Below, one piece after another: positions 1 through 14,500 of a stretch of DNA of 64,000 nucleotides (within the stretch, counting starts at the first letter, position 1; every line of letters begins with the position of its first letter). The stretch is from Tubulanus polymorphus (lineage: Eukaryota; Animalia; Nemertea). The notes below the pieces were generated by a model that saw only the letters and a list, made by a program, of their open reading frames with translations, did no database searches and was not told the DNA's origin. The position numbers and the translations under genes are program-made. Location: positions 24,486,345-24,550,344 of the forward strand of contig NC_134028.1 in assembly GCF_964204645.1 (NCBI RefSeq), written 5' to 3'.

Positions 1-291
1 TTTCTTCACTTTTTTTTCTTTTTGAGGGACCTGTCTTATATAAACTATTCTTAGTTTCTAAAGACTATATAATTTACTGTATTTTGTGCATTATGCTATA
101 GAATTACATTTGAGAAAAAGCATTGAAAACCATATGAAAAACATTCCGCATCGGTGTTACATGATATATACAAAAATAACAGAGAAAAATAAAAAAAATA
201 AAAAGCTTTGATGAACAAATAGTTTGGAGAGATTTGATTTAAAAACATCGATTGATCGACTAAGATTTATTTTTGAAACTGTCCGACCTAC

Positions 292-425
292 CGGTAAATC
301 ATTTGGTTCGTTCACGGCTAGGAAGCTACCGACTTCTTGCAGTTTCCAATCTTTCAAGGCGAGTAAGGTGTAGTTTCCTTCGGCGTCACCGCGATCATCT
401 ATTGTTATATTATGCCCTTGAACAC
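292..425 (-). CDS. Receptor guanylate cyclase-like coding exon 6
   Basis: SVQGHNITIDDRGDAEGNYTLLALK...NDLP; ctgcag acceptor, GTAGGT donor. Confidence 0.87.
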
Positions 426-3400
426 CTGCAGATGACGAAAAATATTGTTCATATAGTTCTTTTGTCCCCACCCCCTCAACCCACCGAGAGCCAGTAGCAT
501 TTTTCAGGCTTCTTTCTATCAATTAAGGACGAGAGGCCAGAAAAAACCTTCGACTGTGAAACATTGCCAACACCAGGATTCGAACCAATGAATCCTTGAA
601 TGATGAGACCAATGACAATTGGCTAATATCTCTTTTTTAATATTTCTTTTTTATTTAATTTAAATGCTGCTAGAAATTACGGAAATGCAAGTGTAAAAGA
701 CTTGTATGGTGTGCAGGATTTCCATTGTGAATAGTTCAAAAGTTAAAACCGTCGGAATATACCCTGGCAAGCGAGGAAAGAGTATATGGATAAGTCGAAG
801 CACGTTGAATCGATAGACGAGACTTACTAAAGAAAGTGGTGTTTCTAATGGCCATCGAGATCGCCATTCCATTCAGAGGATTAGGAAGCCCGTTGCCGTT
901 AGCTTTTCGTTGCAGTAATACATTACTCAATGCTTTCGCGTAAACATGCACGGCGTCGTAAAGATGAATCGCGCTCGTCTAAAGTAAATGTAGAGAACAA
1001 AGGGAAAACGTATCAATAATACTTATTTCGAAAGAAAGAAAAATCAGTTAACAATTTACGTGTAGTTTTTATGGAATGGATGCAGTCCGTACATGAAATA
1101 ACCATTAGGTCAGCGGTAAAGCAATTTAGAAGTTGAAAATGGATGGGTTTTTGTTTGTATAATGAATCTATCTAGTAATATGTTATTGCCTTATAAATCC
1201 AGTCAGATTAAGATGGTTATCTGCAGATATTCTCATCAAGATGCCGAATACATCGAGTTTCATGTCAGTTTTTAATCCCTGAATGTATTTCCGAATGAAT
1301 ATGGGATTTCATATTCTACTAAGGACAAACGTGTATCATCGGATTATGAGTTTAAAGCAGAATTTTAGGATTAATCATAAAGTGTTTATCACGTCCCAGT
1401 TCCACAGGTGTGTGCTTAAATAGACCATGGATTCGCTGCGGCGCGAACAACCTCAGCATCCGCGAGAACCGGTTACAATTATATTAATGATAATGTTAAT
1501 GATAATGTGTTCCCGAAGAACGCCTCAAATCATACCAAACCTATGAACAACGATCTAATCCGGATGGTGAAATTAGTCATGATGGTATGTTCTCTAAATA
1601 AATATTCTGATAAAGCCGTTACTTTTAGCTAACTGCTGCATAGATGAGGAGACGACATGATATCAATCATAACTTAAATCTATGTATGGCAAAATAGTTC
1701 AAGGGCCAGTACTTATATTGGTTACGAAATTCATATTTAAATATGCACTGCAAGAATAAATTATGATTTGATTACCTCGTCGACTTTGGTTTTGCATTTC
1801 TTACACGCCGTGTTCCGGAGTAGAATATCAGTTTGTAGCCTAGTTTCTTCAATCAGCTGTTCCAGTCGGTGGGCTTCGGGAGCCCTCGGTTTCAGTAACA
1901 TCACGTTCCGAAACGCCTGCGCGTTTTGCTTTCCTTGCTTCTGTTTAGTCTTGTTTGACAATTGATTCCATTCCAACCCTGAAGTAAAGTTTCTTTTCAT
2001 TCGTCGTAATCTAAGGTAACATAATTGTCAAAGGAAACGGAGAGATAATCTCAACAGAATGTCAGTAATGTACATGTAACGACGACGAAACATTAAAATA
2101 TTAAAAGGTAACTAAAAGGTATGAACAAAATTATTTCTTTATTAAGTCGAAAAGTTGACATAATATCCGTGTAAGATATGAGAGAAATCCAACAATAAAT
2201 CAGCGAAAGATGTAAAGATTTTGAGTAGAATAGTATTGAACAGCCGTATTGAGAACAAAATAGATTTATACAAGAATTATTTATATAAGAATCAAACAAA
2301 AGAAAGTGAGTTAGTGGTTAAAATCATTACATCTTTGGCTGATTTATCTCAGGATTTCTGTCGTAAATTTCTTCATTGTCAAATTACGTATTAACCTCGA
2401 AACCCGGTCGGACAAATCTTTCTATACATTAGTATTCCGGCAGATGGATATAGTCGGACTCCTTTTTCTCTGTTAGTGTTGGATTCTATATCAAACAATC
2501 AATTATCGAAAAGAATGTGAATGAAAAAAAAGAACTTACATGTGTAGAAATATTCCTGACCGGCCAATTTATTGAATGGTTTCGAATCGTCGACAGCGAT
2601 CAATACGTGTTTGCCCTGTTCCTGGAGACCCTTACTGACCATGGCCCGCGCGAACGCGACGCATTCTTGGTGTTCGCCAATCAGTAAATAAACTACACGA
2701 CATAAAAATGATACACATTAAGAAATTTGCAATATGTCACAAGTGAGGACGCTATAAAACCCACAATGAAAACCAAACTCCGAATTCTCGGTTTTTAACT
2801 TTCCCTTGAAAATGGTCAGAAAATTCAGAGTTCTCAATTAAAATATATCTTTGAATTTGTCAATTTTTTAAACTTTTCGCCTTTTCATCGTGGGTTTGAC
2901 ACTAAGAATAAATATTTGCATTTGTTTTTAGGGCATGGATATAATTATTCCAACTTTCTTTCCAAGAATCAATTAAAACCTTTAATTTTTCTCGATTTTC
3001 AATATAGTTGGCATCATTTACAAATAGATTTAGCCGAAGGCAATATTCATTCCGTTGAGACTTGAACGATCGCGCACTGAGTCAAGGCACCCACCTCTTG
3101 TTAAATGCATCGTTCTTTCAATTATGCGTTGCATCGGTGGCCCGCTCGATCCGTTTTTTGCCCAAGAACTAGAAAACTCCTCGCGTTGTAGTATTTTTAT
3201 TCCGTGTTGTTTGGAAAGATCAGACATCGTCGTCACCGTCTCTTTCCATTTGGAGTCGTCGCTGAACACGAGTGTGTATTGGTTCCACTCGTAAAACTGC
3301 ATCAGAGCGATCACCGACTTCGAAACTTTCGACGTCGGCGGCAGAACACGTGAGAACGTTGGATAAGCTTTCTTGTTCGACAACTTCGAATTCGAACACG

Positions 3401-6160
3401 ACTGCAAAAGACAATAGGTGCCAACGTTCATTTTTTGATTCTCCAAAAAATATGTTCGTAATACGTGGAACCATCTTCCGTCGTCATGTCACGTGTGACC
3501 TAATTTACGCCTTTGCTGACGTCATCAAAGTAAGGATCTGCTGGGGATGAGAGTTTTGTTTTCATGTTTTCCAAAAATACCAAACGCTCTTAATGTCATA
3601 GTTTAGTGAAAATGAGCCCCTTGCTGAGCTGTATAATATCATATCACCATCCTTTGAAGATGCTGAACTTAGACTCTGTTTTCGAGTGCAAAGCTATAAA
3701 CCCTTTCCTTTCTAAGATTGTGGAACAATCGCTGATTTTTTTACTGCGCTATAAACATGAAGTATGAAGTTTTGCGTACAATCGTAATTTCGCGAGCTCG
3801 TACAAGATGAATCCGGGCTGGTTTTAATTGTTCAAATAGATTTTTGTTTGATTATCAATTCACGTACCGCCAGTAATGTCTATATTCCTAGTTATTGTTT
3901 TAAATCATAAATATAAGCTTATCGAAATCATCTCTTATCATAGATGATATCGTGTGATGAACATGAACAATTTTCTAACCAACTCGCCTGATTGTGGCTG
4001 ATGGATGTTACAGCCTAAACGTTGTGGCATCACTTACTATAATATCTAATCTCTTTTCAACAAGAAACGTTCATTTAACTATTAACGTACACTAGTCTTT
4101 TTATCATCGGTATTCGATGTTATCATCAGATTCAGTAAATGATTCGTGAAGATCGTAAAAGATGTTAGAGGTAAAGGCATCCCAGAAATCATCCTTACCC
4201 ACAATCAATTCGATTGGTTTTCATGCATGCTCAATGGACAATGAAAGTGAGGGAGATGAAGTTATAGAGCTTCCCTTGTCCATTTCAATCAACCGCTAAT
4301 ACCGGGTTATGGCTGATCGAAGGCGCCAATTCATTGACCTTTTGACCAGCAATTTGCTTTGATTATCATCGTGTTTATTCACCTCGTACAGCATGTAAAC
4401 GCGCACTACTTACTAATTGCATGAGGGTATTTTTCTGTCATCATTTGCGGTCGGAAAATCGTATACACAAGAACAAGCTAATTTCTACGGGCTGGACCAC
4501 TGATTCTTACTGCCTCGGGTAACTGTAGGCATTCCCCAGTGACAGGATAATACGTCTAAATGCATTTATACATATCTGTACGAGCTTCGACTTTGCACTC
4601 GTTTCATTTCCATGTGAAGCGAGCAAGGTTTGCGATCATAGAGAGGAGTTTCGTTCCGGGAATGACCTAGACGCGCGTTTATAATTATTCCGCGAAATTT
4701 GAATTGAACAACGGTTTTCAATTTGATGCACTCAAAGATAAACAAATAATATGACGAGCGAACGAAAATGTCGCTCACATTTCAGGGGACGGTACAAATT
4801 CATGTGGATTGCGAATAGCTTTTATCGAGTCTGGAGATGGGTTTGATATTGCTATACTTTACCCTGAAAGTTCTTATTTTAGAAAATTCAGAGTCACAGC
4901 CCGAGTCGGTCCTAGGCTTTTATTATTTACCACGAAACTGATTATATAAACCCAGAGATTATGGATGATCACATAGTTCAGTTAAATGCCACATTGATTA
5001 TTTATTCCAGGTATTGTGTAAAAGTCTAAAAGCGGCTTCCTCCGTATTGCTAGGCCTACGCAAGAAACAAAGCCCGATTTGTATACCGCAGATTAACTGA
5101 TCAACCATGCATGGATTTTCCTAATCATTTATTCATGCGATTACATTTACAATAGCGGGACAGATTCCGTTACTGTTCGGTCGTATCATATTGTCGGTTT
5201 TGTATGTGTAAAGAGTGTGTCTTCGTCGTGGGGAATCGGTGTTCCTAGATCGCCGGTAAACAGAGCCCACAACGGATTACAATCGGTCAACGTTTATTTA
5301 TCGCTATGACACTAACGGCAGCTAACGAAATATAGAATACCTGAACTATGGTGATGCATTTGAAATGTTGCAGAACAAAATTACTTCAAGAATGCTTTAT
5401 GCAACAATATTTTTCAAATTTTTTCCTGCTGTTATGTAAAAGAGAAAATCAGAATTAATCGAAATTCAAGTTTTAACTGAAATTATGCATGCATGTGGTT
5501 AAGCTAAGTTTTTGATAATTTCTTTACGTAACAACCTCTGAATCTATGGCGGAAACAGTGTCTAATATCGGTAGGTATTTTTTACAAACTTTCTCATCAA
5601 TTAATCTCACATCTCAAAGTCATCTTTTTATATTATATACTTACGAATGATACCATCGAACGATTCCAACTGGACGCGATTTTAGCCGGAACTAGACACG
5701 GATCTCCCGGTCCGATGAACGCAGCTACGTTTTCGTCCTTGTACAAATTCGTCATATCGCTTATCGCTTTAAATTCGCTGAAAACGTGATCGCGCATTAT
5801 GTAATTTAACCTGTGTCCCTCCAAACCTAAGTAGCCTAGTTTTCGCCAGTTTCTATTGATATCGTTGACGGCGTAGACGAGAGCTCCGGCGAACCTCCGC
5901 CCGTGCGGTTTACTTTCGTAGTTTTTCCAGTCGAATTTATTCACGAAGCTTTTGATAGGATGCTCGACGTTGGACGTTTTGGTCGTTTTTGTCGTCTGTT
6001 TCGCCGGTAACATGGCCGTTATGAAGCCGATCGTATAATTGACGCTGAGCACAGGTGACGCCGTAAGAACCAGTAAAATACATATTGAAACCAGGACACA
6101 TTTCACGCGAAATCCACATTTATGCCTGAAAAACATTTTACGAAGGCATCTACGATTCAT
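292..6160 (-). CDS. Receptor-type guanylate cyclase / natriuretic peptide receptor-like gene (Gyc32E/Gyc76C-like), signal peptide and extracellular ANF-receptor domain; 3' part lies outside the window
   Basis: Six GT-AG exons join in frame: 6160-5645, 3401-3095, 2692-2540, 1978-1776, 978-828, 425-292. Motifs: hydrophobic signal peptide, GRRFAGALVYAVNDIN, VAAFIGPG..C...AKIASSWN, SCS...LSNKKAYPTFSRV, LYDAVHVYAKAL, IDDRGDAEGNYTLLAL. The TM, kinase-homology and cyclase domains are not in the window, so cyclase identity is inferred. Confidence 0.85.
828..978 (-). CDS. Receptor guanylate cyclase-like coding exon 5
   Basis: TSAIHLYDAVHVYAKALS...NGMAISMAIRNTTFF; AG and GTAAGT borders. Confidence 0.87.
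1776..1978 (-). CDS. Receptor guanylate cyclase-like coding exon 4
   Basis: WLEWNQ...AQAFRNVMLLKPRAP...KVDE; ttcag acceptor, GTAAT donor; phase 1 to 0. Confidence 0.8.
2540..2692 (-). CDS. Receptor guanylate cyclase-like coding exon 3 (not in ORF track)
   Basis: VYLLIGEHQECVAFARAMVSKGLQEQGKHVLIAVDD...; AG and GTAAGT borders; phase 1 to 1. Confidence 0.85.
3095..3401 (-). CDS. Receptor guanylate cyclase-like coding exon 2
   Basis: ttttgcag acceptor; SCSNSKLSNKKAYPTFSRVLPP...; GTGGGT donor; phase 0 to 1. Confidence 0.88.
5645..6160 (-). CDS. Receptor guanylate cyclase-like coding exon 1
   Basis: ATG at 6160, 172 codons, GTAAGT donor at 5644. A polypyrimidine-AG acceptor at 6201-6202 implies upstream non-coding exon(s). 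Confidence 0.88.
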
Positions 6161-7283
6161 ATATATGAAATATATATGTATATATTGCTTAATCTATCAC
6201 CTGACGAGAGTTATAAAAGTTTTGATCGTTTATTGTGTCCGGTGAAAAGATATTCCAAACTCAGGCAACATGCCTGATAAAACAAGTCCAAGTCGGACTC
6301 GTCTCATTCCGCTATTTCAATGCGACAACTCGAGACAATCCAACCGCTGCTGATGAATATATTCGCTCGAACGCCTCGGCTTTACATTATCGTAATCAAG
6401 ACACCGTTCAACTCGAATCGAATCTGAAATATAAAAACAATGCTTCGTTTAACGTATTCATCGCGATTATATAGGATGTGATGTTTGTGTCGGTTCGCAC
6501 ACGTGACTCGGCGACTAATTAGTGATTTGAAGTATGAACGATGTTTCTAAACGCTTGTTGTTGCGGTCGAGACTCGCTCGCACTTCGAGGTTTGATTAGA
6601 TTTAAATCTAATATTCGAAGACGATCATTAAGTCACGATATACTTTCGAGTCCTTCCCTCAGTTTGCACCCGTGAACCTTATCCGAAATTACGATACATG
6701 CGCAATTTTGTTTGATAACAATTGCACCTCAATTCAGTAAATCATCGTTTTCCATCAAGGTTGCGAAAAAAATGACAATCTTATCTTCAATCCGTCTTAT
6801 CTTACAATAACTTGTATGATTCACTCGAACTATTGTAATTTAATTCGTGAATATGCATCATCATTAAAGGCCCGGTTCCATAGACGAGACTTAGCGACAT
6901 TACATTCTTTACAATGAAATTTACCTTTTATCTAACTGATGTCAAAATAAACTTAACTAAACTAAACTTAACCTGACGATACCAAGTCAGCAAACAAGTA
7001 GACGTCATGATAACCTAAATTAAACTCGATGTTCATATCTTGCCTCGTCGCAACCGTGAATAAATCTAATACCTTCAGACAGAAAAAAGGCGGAGCACAG
7101 AACGTGGTAGTTAATCTGAAAAAATACCGCAGAAAATCCCGCTAACCGCGGACAAACAACTGACGAAAGTTTGATATGCAAAATCTTTGCCTCCCCCAAA
7201 AATCTCGTTTCAAAAATCGAGAGAAAATTCGATTTTTCTCTATAATGAAATAATGATATCTCCTGTTTTTCCACTGTATCAAA

Positions 7284-7460
7284 CCCAACGCACACGACGG
7301 AAACTGGAGACGGAAACATGTTTTCGAGTGTTTCTAAGAGTCGTGTGCGTTTAAAACGAGAAACATGAAACATGGTTTCGAAGAACAATGTTTCCGAGAT
7401 CAAACATGTTTAATTCTGTGTTTCCGTGTTTTCCTGTTTCCGTGCGTGGTGTGCGTTGGA
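7284..7460. mobile_element. Short MITE-like element
   Basis: Termini CCAACGCACAC...GTGTGCGTTGG with internal inverted GGAAAC/GTTTCC subrepeats. Confidence 0.6.
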
Positions 7461-10146
7461 CTCAAAGAGTAAATAAACAGAAAAAAATGTTTTCATAGTT
7501 ACCACAATTTGTAAAATCCGACTGTTGCACGTGACGACGTTTGGCAATTGAATCGGGAACTGCAACTAACGTCTGGTCTTAAATTGCTGACAAGCGACAA
7601 TCGACTAATATGATTAATGAAGAACCCACGATTGAGTTCTATTTACCAAGAATTGGAAGCCTTCCTTCGCGTTGGGTTTATTACTTAAAACCCTAGAAAG
7701 TTCTGATTAACTTCAAATGCGAGCAACGAGTAATAACTGGTGTTGTGTAAATTGCACCGCGATGAATCCTTAAACGGCCCCCGTGTCATTAAATGCCAGC
7801 GCGCCGAACACCAAAAATAGCCGGAACGCGCGGATTGCGGCAATTCGGATTAGCTTTAGGGGTTAATTCGAAAAGAAAATATCGAGATTTATTTTCAATG
7901 AGTTTATCCGGATGACGTAAGAAATCTTGTTTCCGAAATTAATCATCAAGTCCCACTTGTTAAAGGGCATTGGAACTTTACGAACCTTTTTAGTCCGATG
8001 AGGCCCGCTTCATTTTACGAAAGGTTTTGCTCCTTCTTTTCATTAGATTATCAGTGTATTACATGGATAAGTTAATGAAATACCTTTTATTATTTTTATG
8101 TATAAATTTAAATATTTGAAAAAAAAGTCTCAAATTTCTCAATGCATCTTATATTACTCTCAGACCAATATATAATTTCATTCCACAGATTTTGGTTAAT
8201 TCTAATCATCAAAGTCATCGGAAACTTTTTGGAAATTCCCTTTTATCTGCATTAAGAGGTTATTAAAACTATTTCCTTTCTTCTATAGCGTATTTAAGTT
8301 GGATAGGAAATTATTGGTTTTCCAAAAATTACCAACATTTATCCGTTGGACGATTTGACATTTTCAGACAGCTAGACGTCGTGGTGACCAGGTTATTCCA
8401 GCGGATTACCAGGAATTCAACTCGGTTAATGGGCGTTATTTTTGTCGTTGTGTGAACCGGCTCTGGACACAGCGAGCACTCGGGGCATTCAGTACCTGGA
8501 TTCGAATTTCCTGTTCAACACGAATCAATTAAGGAGAGTTAAATTTCCAGTGTAGCTGCCAAGTTAAACATATCCGCGCTCGATACTTGTCTCGTGTATA
8601 CCTCAGTCATTATCAACTATAACGCCTGGAAGGTTGCGGCTAAAATGATACAGAGTTTCGGCGAAAAAATACAGAGAGACGCTCTTGGATAAATATCCGT
8701 AACAGCAATAAAAGCATTCAGACCCGAACGATTAGTGACCTGTACGACAAAAATGATTGATTCCAACCATTAAAACGCAGAAACGCAGCGGCAATTTTTG
8801 TAGATTATAAGAATTTATGGCTTTCGCTCGGCGGTTTTTTGATTGTAGGAAAACGATAGGGTAAAACCACACCTGTTGTACAGTTCATTACAACCGATGC
8901 GGCTTCCATGATCTCGTCGTGCGTCGTAAAATTAATCAGCGAAGCCAAAATCATAAACGTATATCGTGTTCGGTATCGTATCGTTATCGTTGCCGGTGAC
9001 ATTTAAATGTTTTTTTATATCGATTGCATTATCATATTATAATGTCGACTTTGACTGGCCCGAAAACAAACTTTACTCGCGCTCTCTTGATATTAATCAA
9101 TTCAAAAGTTGGCAAGTTCATAAATACAAAAGTCTGAAAAAAGTCCCTTTCCTATTCAATTTCTCTTGATTTTATTTTCTGAGGGGCTTACATTTTTTAA
9201 GCTTACTGTTGCTACAAAGCAGCTTCATCTTGTATTATTATATCTTTTATGTATGTAGACTTATATCATACTGTTAAATAATTAATTTTTGTAAAACTTT
9301 CAAATAAAAACAAAAATAATTAGATATCATATCAAATTTATAGTATATATAGTAAAGTAGCATATTTCATTTAGTCATCACAGTTTATTTTTTAAACTAT
9401 ATCTGATTGTTAATGGTCGCTAGATGTTGCAATCATGGCTATTTTTGATTATAATCGCTACAATTTTAAATGGAAATAGAAATTAGTACTTTTACGAAGA
9501 AATAAAAGAAATCAACATTATTTCAACTTAGCGGTAAATGAAAGGGGCAGATTTGTCGCAAATTACTACACTAAAGTGGCAAACCAACGTAAAAAAACCG
9601 AAAGTTTAAAAAAAAAACTTCGAAAAATTGATGAATTATTCCGAATTTTTCGTTTGCATCGAAAAACCATCATCAATGAATGACTGAGCAGTATGTGACC
9701 CGACCTGACCCGATCGAACCAGACCAGACCAGACAGGGAATAATTATTACGTCAACGACTCACAGGAATGAAACTGGCATTACAAATGCATACATGATAT
9801 TATTATTGGATATCGGATTACAGCACCTGTTGCTTCTTCTACGAAGGCTATTGACCGATACCACACAACTGTCGTCACCCTTAAGGCAGGCTAGATGTCG
9901 ACTCGACGCTAACTGACGCAAATGGCTTGTTCGAAGAGGGTGCTGATCTTGAAAAACGAATGCCTATTTCAATGCCTAGTGTCGTGTTAATCACATAGCG
10001 TGTTGCTGGTAACGAGACGTTAGAATTGTAAATGTCAGTATAATTTCAAAAAAAGAATTATCAAAATGTCGTTAGCTACGAATATAGAATAAGCGAATGA
10101 GGAATGCAGTAAAGTGACTAACTAATTCGGGTCAAATCAACATTTC

Positions 10147-10912
10147 AATAAACCATTTTACAGTTGCTAGCCGCCATTTTGTTAGGGTACTTTTGTCCCG
10201 TATTGTTGGGTCATTTTTTTCTCTTTTTTAAAAACTATCCGTGATGTGTATTGTATCATATTTCATCTGTCCATGGATGGATGTTGACAGTTTCAGCAAC
10301 ATTCAAACCGCATAAATCTCTAGTTTTCAGTTATGTAAAAATCATTTTTTAAATTTGCAACAATGCGACATGACCATTTTCCGTAGAGACAAGTGTAGTA
10401 AAAATGAAAAAAAATAACACCCATATACTGAAATACACGCAAAGAAAACAGCGCCGAATCTCGGAATGACAATACACGCGCTGCAGTTAAAGAGCCATAG
10501 GAAAAAAACTAGGCAAGATATCTTAAAATTTCAAAGTTCACCTGAAAGGGGGCATTTATGCGCACAGTTCTTGAAATGTTTGGATTTTTTAGAAAATTAT
10601 TTATGAAAATAACGAACTTCAAAGTTCAGTACCCTTGATTTCTATGCGCACGGCAAAAACTGACCGCCAATTTTTATATCGCTCTCATGTCGCATTGTTG
10701 CAAATTTAAAAAATGATTTTTACATAACTGAAAACTAGAGATTTACGCGGTTTGAATGTTGCTGAAACTGTCAAAATCCATCCATGGACAGATGAAATAT
10801 GATACAACACACATCACGGATAGTTTTTAAAAAAGAGAAAAAAAATGACCCAACAATACGGGACAAAAGTACCCTAACAAAATGGCGGCTAGCAACTGTA
10901 AAATGGTTTATT
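10147..10912. mobile_element. Young foldback/MITE with about 227-bp inverted arms
   Basis: 10147-10373 is the reverse complement of 10685-10912 (3 substitutions and 1 indel by eye). Spacer about 311 bp with no ORF. Ends TA-AACCATTTTACAG...CTGTAAAATGGTT-TA. Confidence 0.9.
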
Positions 10913-13900
10913 TACTACGTTCGATTTAATACATTGCATTATCGTGATAATATCGTAAAAAATGCTGAATGTGGCGTAATTTTCAAAAAGTTTCCACAAT
11001 TTCTCGTGGTCATTTATCGTCCGGTGTAATGTCTCACTGAATAAGAAAATCCCATCTCACCTTCTAGAAACGATGGCTCCATGAATGGACATCAGTAATA
11101 ACCACCAATCATGAACCCAAGTTGTGTAACATAACAAAAATCTTGACAATTTGATGATGACAAAGGTGTATTTTATGGAGGCAGTTTCCTTTCGGGAAGG
11201 CTACGTGCTTCGAAATTCCGAATATTTTCCTAATTCGACAAACATCTAGTGTTAATTTACGATACGATAAAGCGACGCCATGTCAGCAATTAGTACTTAC
11301 ATTTACAACTCTAGTGCGCATAACGATCTGGCCAAATGGCAGGCTATAAAGAACGTCAATTGAGCAGCTATCATACATCGAATAATGATGCTTTGTTTTA
11401 CAAAAACTTTCAGATACGTCGAAATTTACAAAATCTAAAAATTCGAAATTAACAAAATCCGAGTCTGACGAAGTATTTGAAAGTCTAGAATGGAAAAGAT
11501 CGAATTAAATCATTATAGCCAAACGCACAGAGCAGTCGACAAACACGTTTTGTTGCGCAGCGATAAACTCGATAAGGATTTGGCAAAACTTGGAACGGTA
11601 GAAAACTGCTTAGATCATCTCTTGTTGTCGTTCGTCTGTTCGTCTGGCTAAAGACGATGATATCAAACCTGTTTGATGGCGGTTCACACGCGGGTGACGT
11701 TTTCGCTAAAGATAAGGCAGAACAAAACCCGTCTGCGAAACGCATTATCATAAATCCGAGTGTATAATAAATCTGTAACTAAATTGAAATATTTGCAGCA
11801 CGTTGTCGCCTGTTGCCCTGATCAGTGACAGATGCGACGTGTCCCAGGGTCCTTCAAGGCCTGCAACTTGTTAAAACTGGCGCTGAGTAAGAACTCGCGC
11901 CGCGATCGTGTTAGAACAAATAGACCTCGAAAAACGGAAGATGTTTTTCCGAATTCTAGAAAGAAAATAACACGCGCGTTTAGCCTGTCGGAGACAAAGC
12001 GAGTTTTTTTTCGATGATTAAATCGGAATGAAAAAAAGATTTAGGCTTATACGTTTAACGGGTGAACAGATTAAAATGCCCAGGGCATCGGTTTTTAGTT
12101 GTGAGTCAGATCAAAGATCATGGCAGTCATTGCCAATATGGACTATAGTTATCGGTTACGATTTGACTACATAAGGTAATCAATACGTGACCGGGATTTC
12201 CAATTATGCGCTTACTTGGATTTAATCATTTCAATTCTATCGATATTACGTACCTTCCATATATTATACTACAATTTCTGATTTCGAAATCTAAGCCTCT
12301 GGGTGGTGCGTAACGGGTACACACTCGATAAACAACCGCAGATAGAAAAATTGTGGAACTTGGTCCAACAGAATTAAAGCCGGATTGATATTCAAACCCG
12401 CCATCACTTAGTACGCAATCCTATAATCCTATGTGAGTAAAATTTTGCTCTGCATTTGTAGAAAATGTCAATTTTTTTACTAACGAAACCCTAACAATAG
12501 AACAGCGTTTAATGTCGTAAATCTCACAGGTTTTTATTTACACAACAACATATATTCGATGATAACGTTAATAATTATGTCCCTTTTTGACCATAAAAAC
12601 AGATGTTGTCACCGAACGAGTGTTTTTGGTTGTAATCGCCAGAAAGGTTTTCGAAAAATTCGAGGGACTCAAAGGCGTGTACAATAAATCAAAAATCATT
12701 TCGATCGAAAAAGGAATATTAAATGGAATTACATACCTACGGATCAGTCAGAGCCGGACCTGGATTCCTGGAAAAAAATAGAGCGCTTTTTACTGTTGTA
12801 ACAGTTTGCTAGTTGTAATTGGTTTAACGCGTTGCGCGAATGTCTGAACCAATTTGAGCCGTGTACGTGGACCTACTGACGGCATTAACAATTACAGAAT
12901 CTTAGATTTATCTCACGATACTAAACGATACCAAACCGTTTGATGTGAGTTACAGGTCAATGAATCAACCCCCACGGGGAAACCAGTTTCAGCCTAACAA
13001 CGGGGATCAAAACAATGTCTGTTATGGAGGCCTCAATCCGAAAAAGCCTTCAAAAATACGCAATTTTGAGCGATTTTTTTTTACAATGAGTTTCTGAATG
13101 TCTCGCGTATGGTGTGTTCATTTTCAATTCAAAGTGTATCCGTTGAATTCCTGGGCAGATATGAAGTGTGGACCATCACTCCTTGAACTGGAAAATGGTA
13201 AAATTCTCTGATCTCCGGAGTGTGTTTTTGGATCATTTTCAATTAAAAAAGGGATGTCTGCACCGTCAAAGATTGATAGAGTGGTGATGAAGGTATCCAA
13301 TGCTGAAGTTCAGGCAGCTGATTCATACCTGTTCAACATTATGTTTATCACGGCGTTAATTAGTAGGGAATTATTAAACCATATGCAAAACATTCGAACC
13401 AAATACCGTAAAAGTTTGCATCTACTTTACTTGAAATGATGTTCTTTCTGTTTGTTTTTTGTTTTTTGTTTATTCAGATGGGATATTAAAAACGCAACGA
13501 TAGAAAATGCGTTCAATATAACTGGGTTCATCTTACCCGAGTATCACGTGTTCATTCTCGCAGACGATAGCGACGATCGACTATACACGTCGCTTCAAAT
13601 CTCATAAAATCTCGTATAATATCGCTATCAATTATTCATAACAATCGTAATATTATGGCGCCCTTTCGATAAATGTAGCTTTCGAGACAATGCACTTGAA
13701 AAGCATCTTCATTGATCTCAGTACTTGGCACGTAGAAGGGAAACGAAAGGTTTGGGTGCTGTCTGACCTGAAACCGGCCAAATAACGATTTTCGACCGTC
13801 TGAGAACGACATTATTTTCAAGGCAATCAATTTTCGAAAACTGCTTAACCTTCCGAATAAACATTGACAGTAACCGTATAGCTTTTGGTAAAGATTGATT

Positions 13901-14134
13901 TCCGATGTTTTATCTGAGACTAGACTTATACTGCCACGGGGGAAGTTTAGATCGGTATGGAACACACACCCGCGGAAAATCTAGAAGTTCGTGTTTATCG
14001 ATAGATATACATAGATTCTAGATGCAAATACGACACAAGACTAAACAATAAACCTTTAAAAAACATGATTTCCTCGGTAAGATTCTAACAAGCTTTTATT
14101 CATATGCAGGTGTTTATCTTCATGAAAAATAGGA

Positions 14135-14500
14135 ATAAGAAAGCCGGAAGATAATTTTCAAAAACCAATTTCGGAAGATTATCTTCTTCTATGGCACCTA
14201 GTTTGGTCACATGATACGGCATTCCATTTCACATTCTCGTATGGAAAGTGAAAGCTCTACATGGAATATCTTATCAGTTCATAATATCCAAAACGTGCAT
14301 TTTCAGAAACCAAGATGGCGGTTGGATCCGATTACGGACTCGCCCGAGATTTTATGGCCATACACAATATACCCGAATTTGAAGACGATCGGACAAAAAT
14401 TTTGGTCTGAAGAGTATTCACAAGAAACCTGACGCACGCACGCACGCACGCACGCACAAACGCACGCACGCCAGACCACCACTTAAACTCAGGGGTACAG
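14135..14500. mobile_element. Possible non-autonomous Helentron/DINE-like element containing (ACGC)n
   Basis: Subterminal inverted repeat GAAGATAAT/ATTATCTTC, a CCAAGATGGCGG motif, and an (ACGC)n microsatellite at 14433-14470. Confidence 0.3.
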
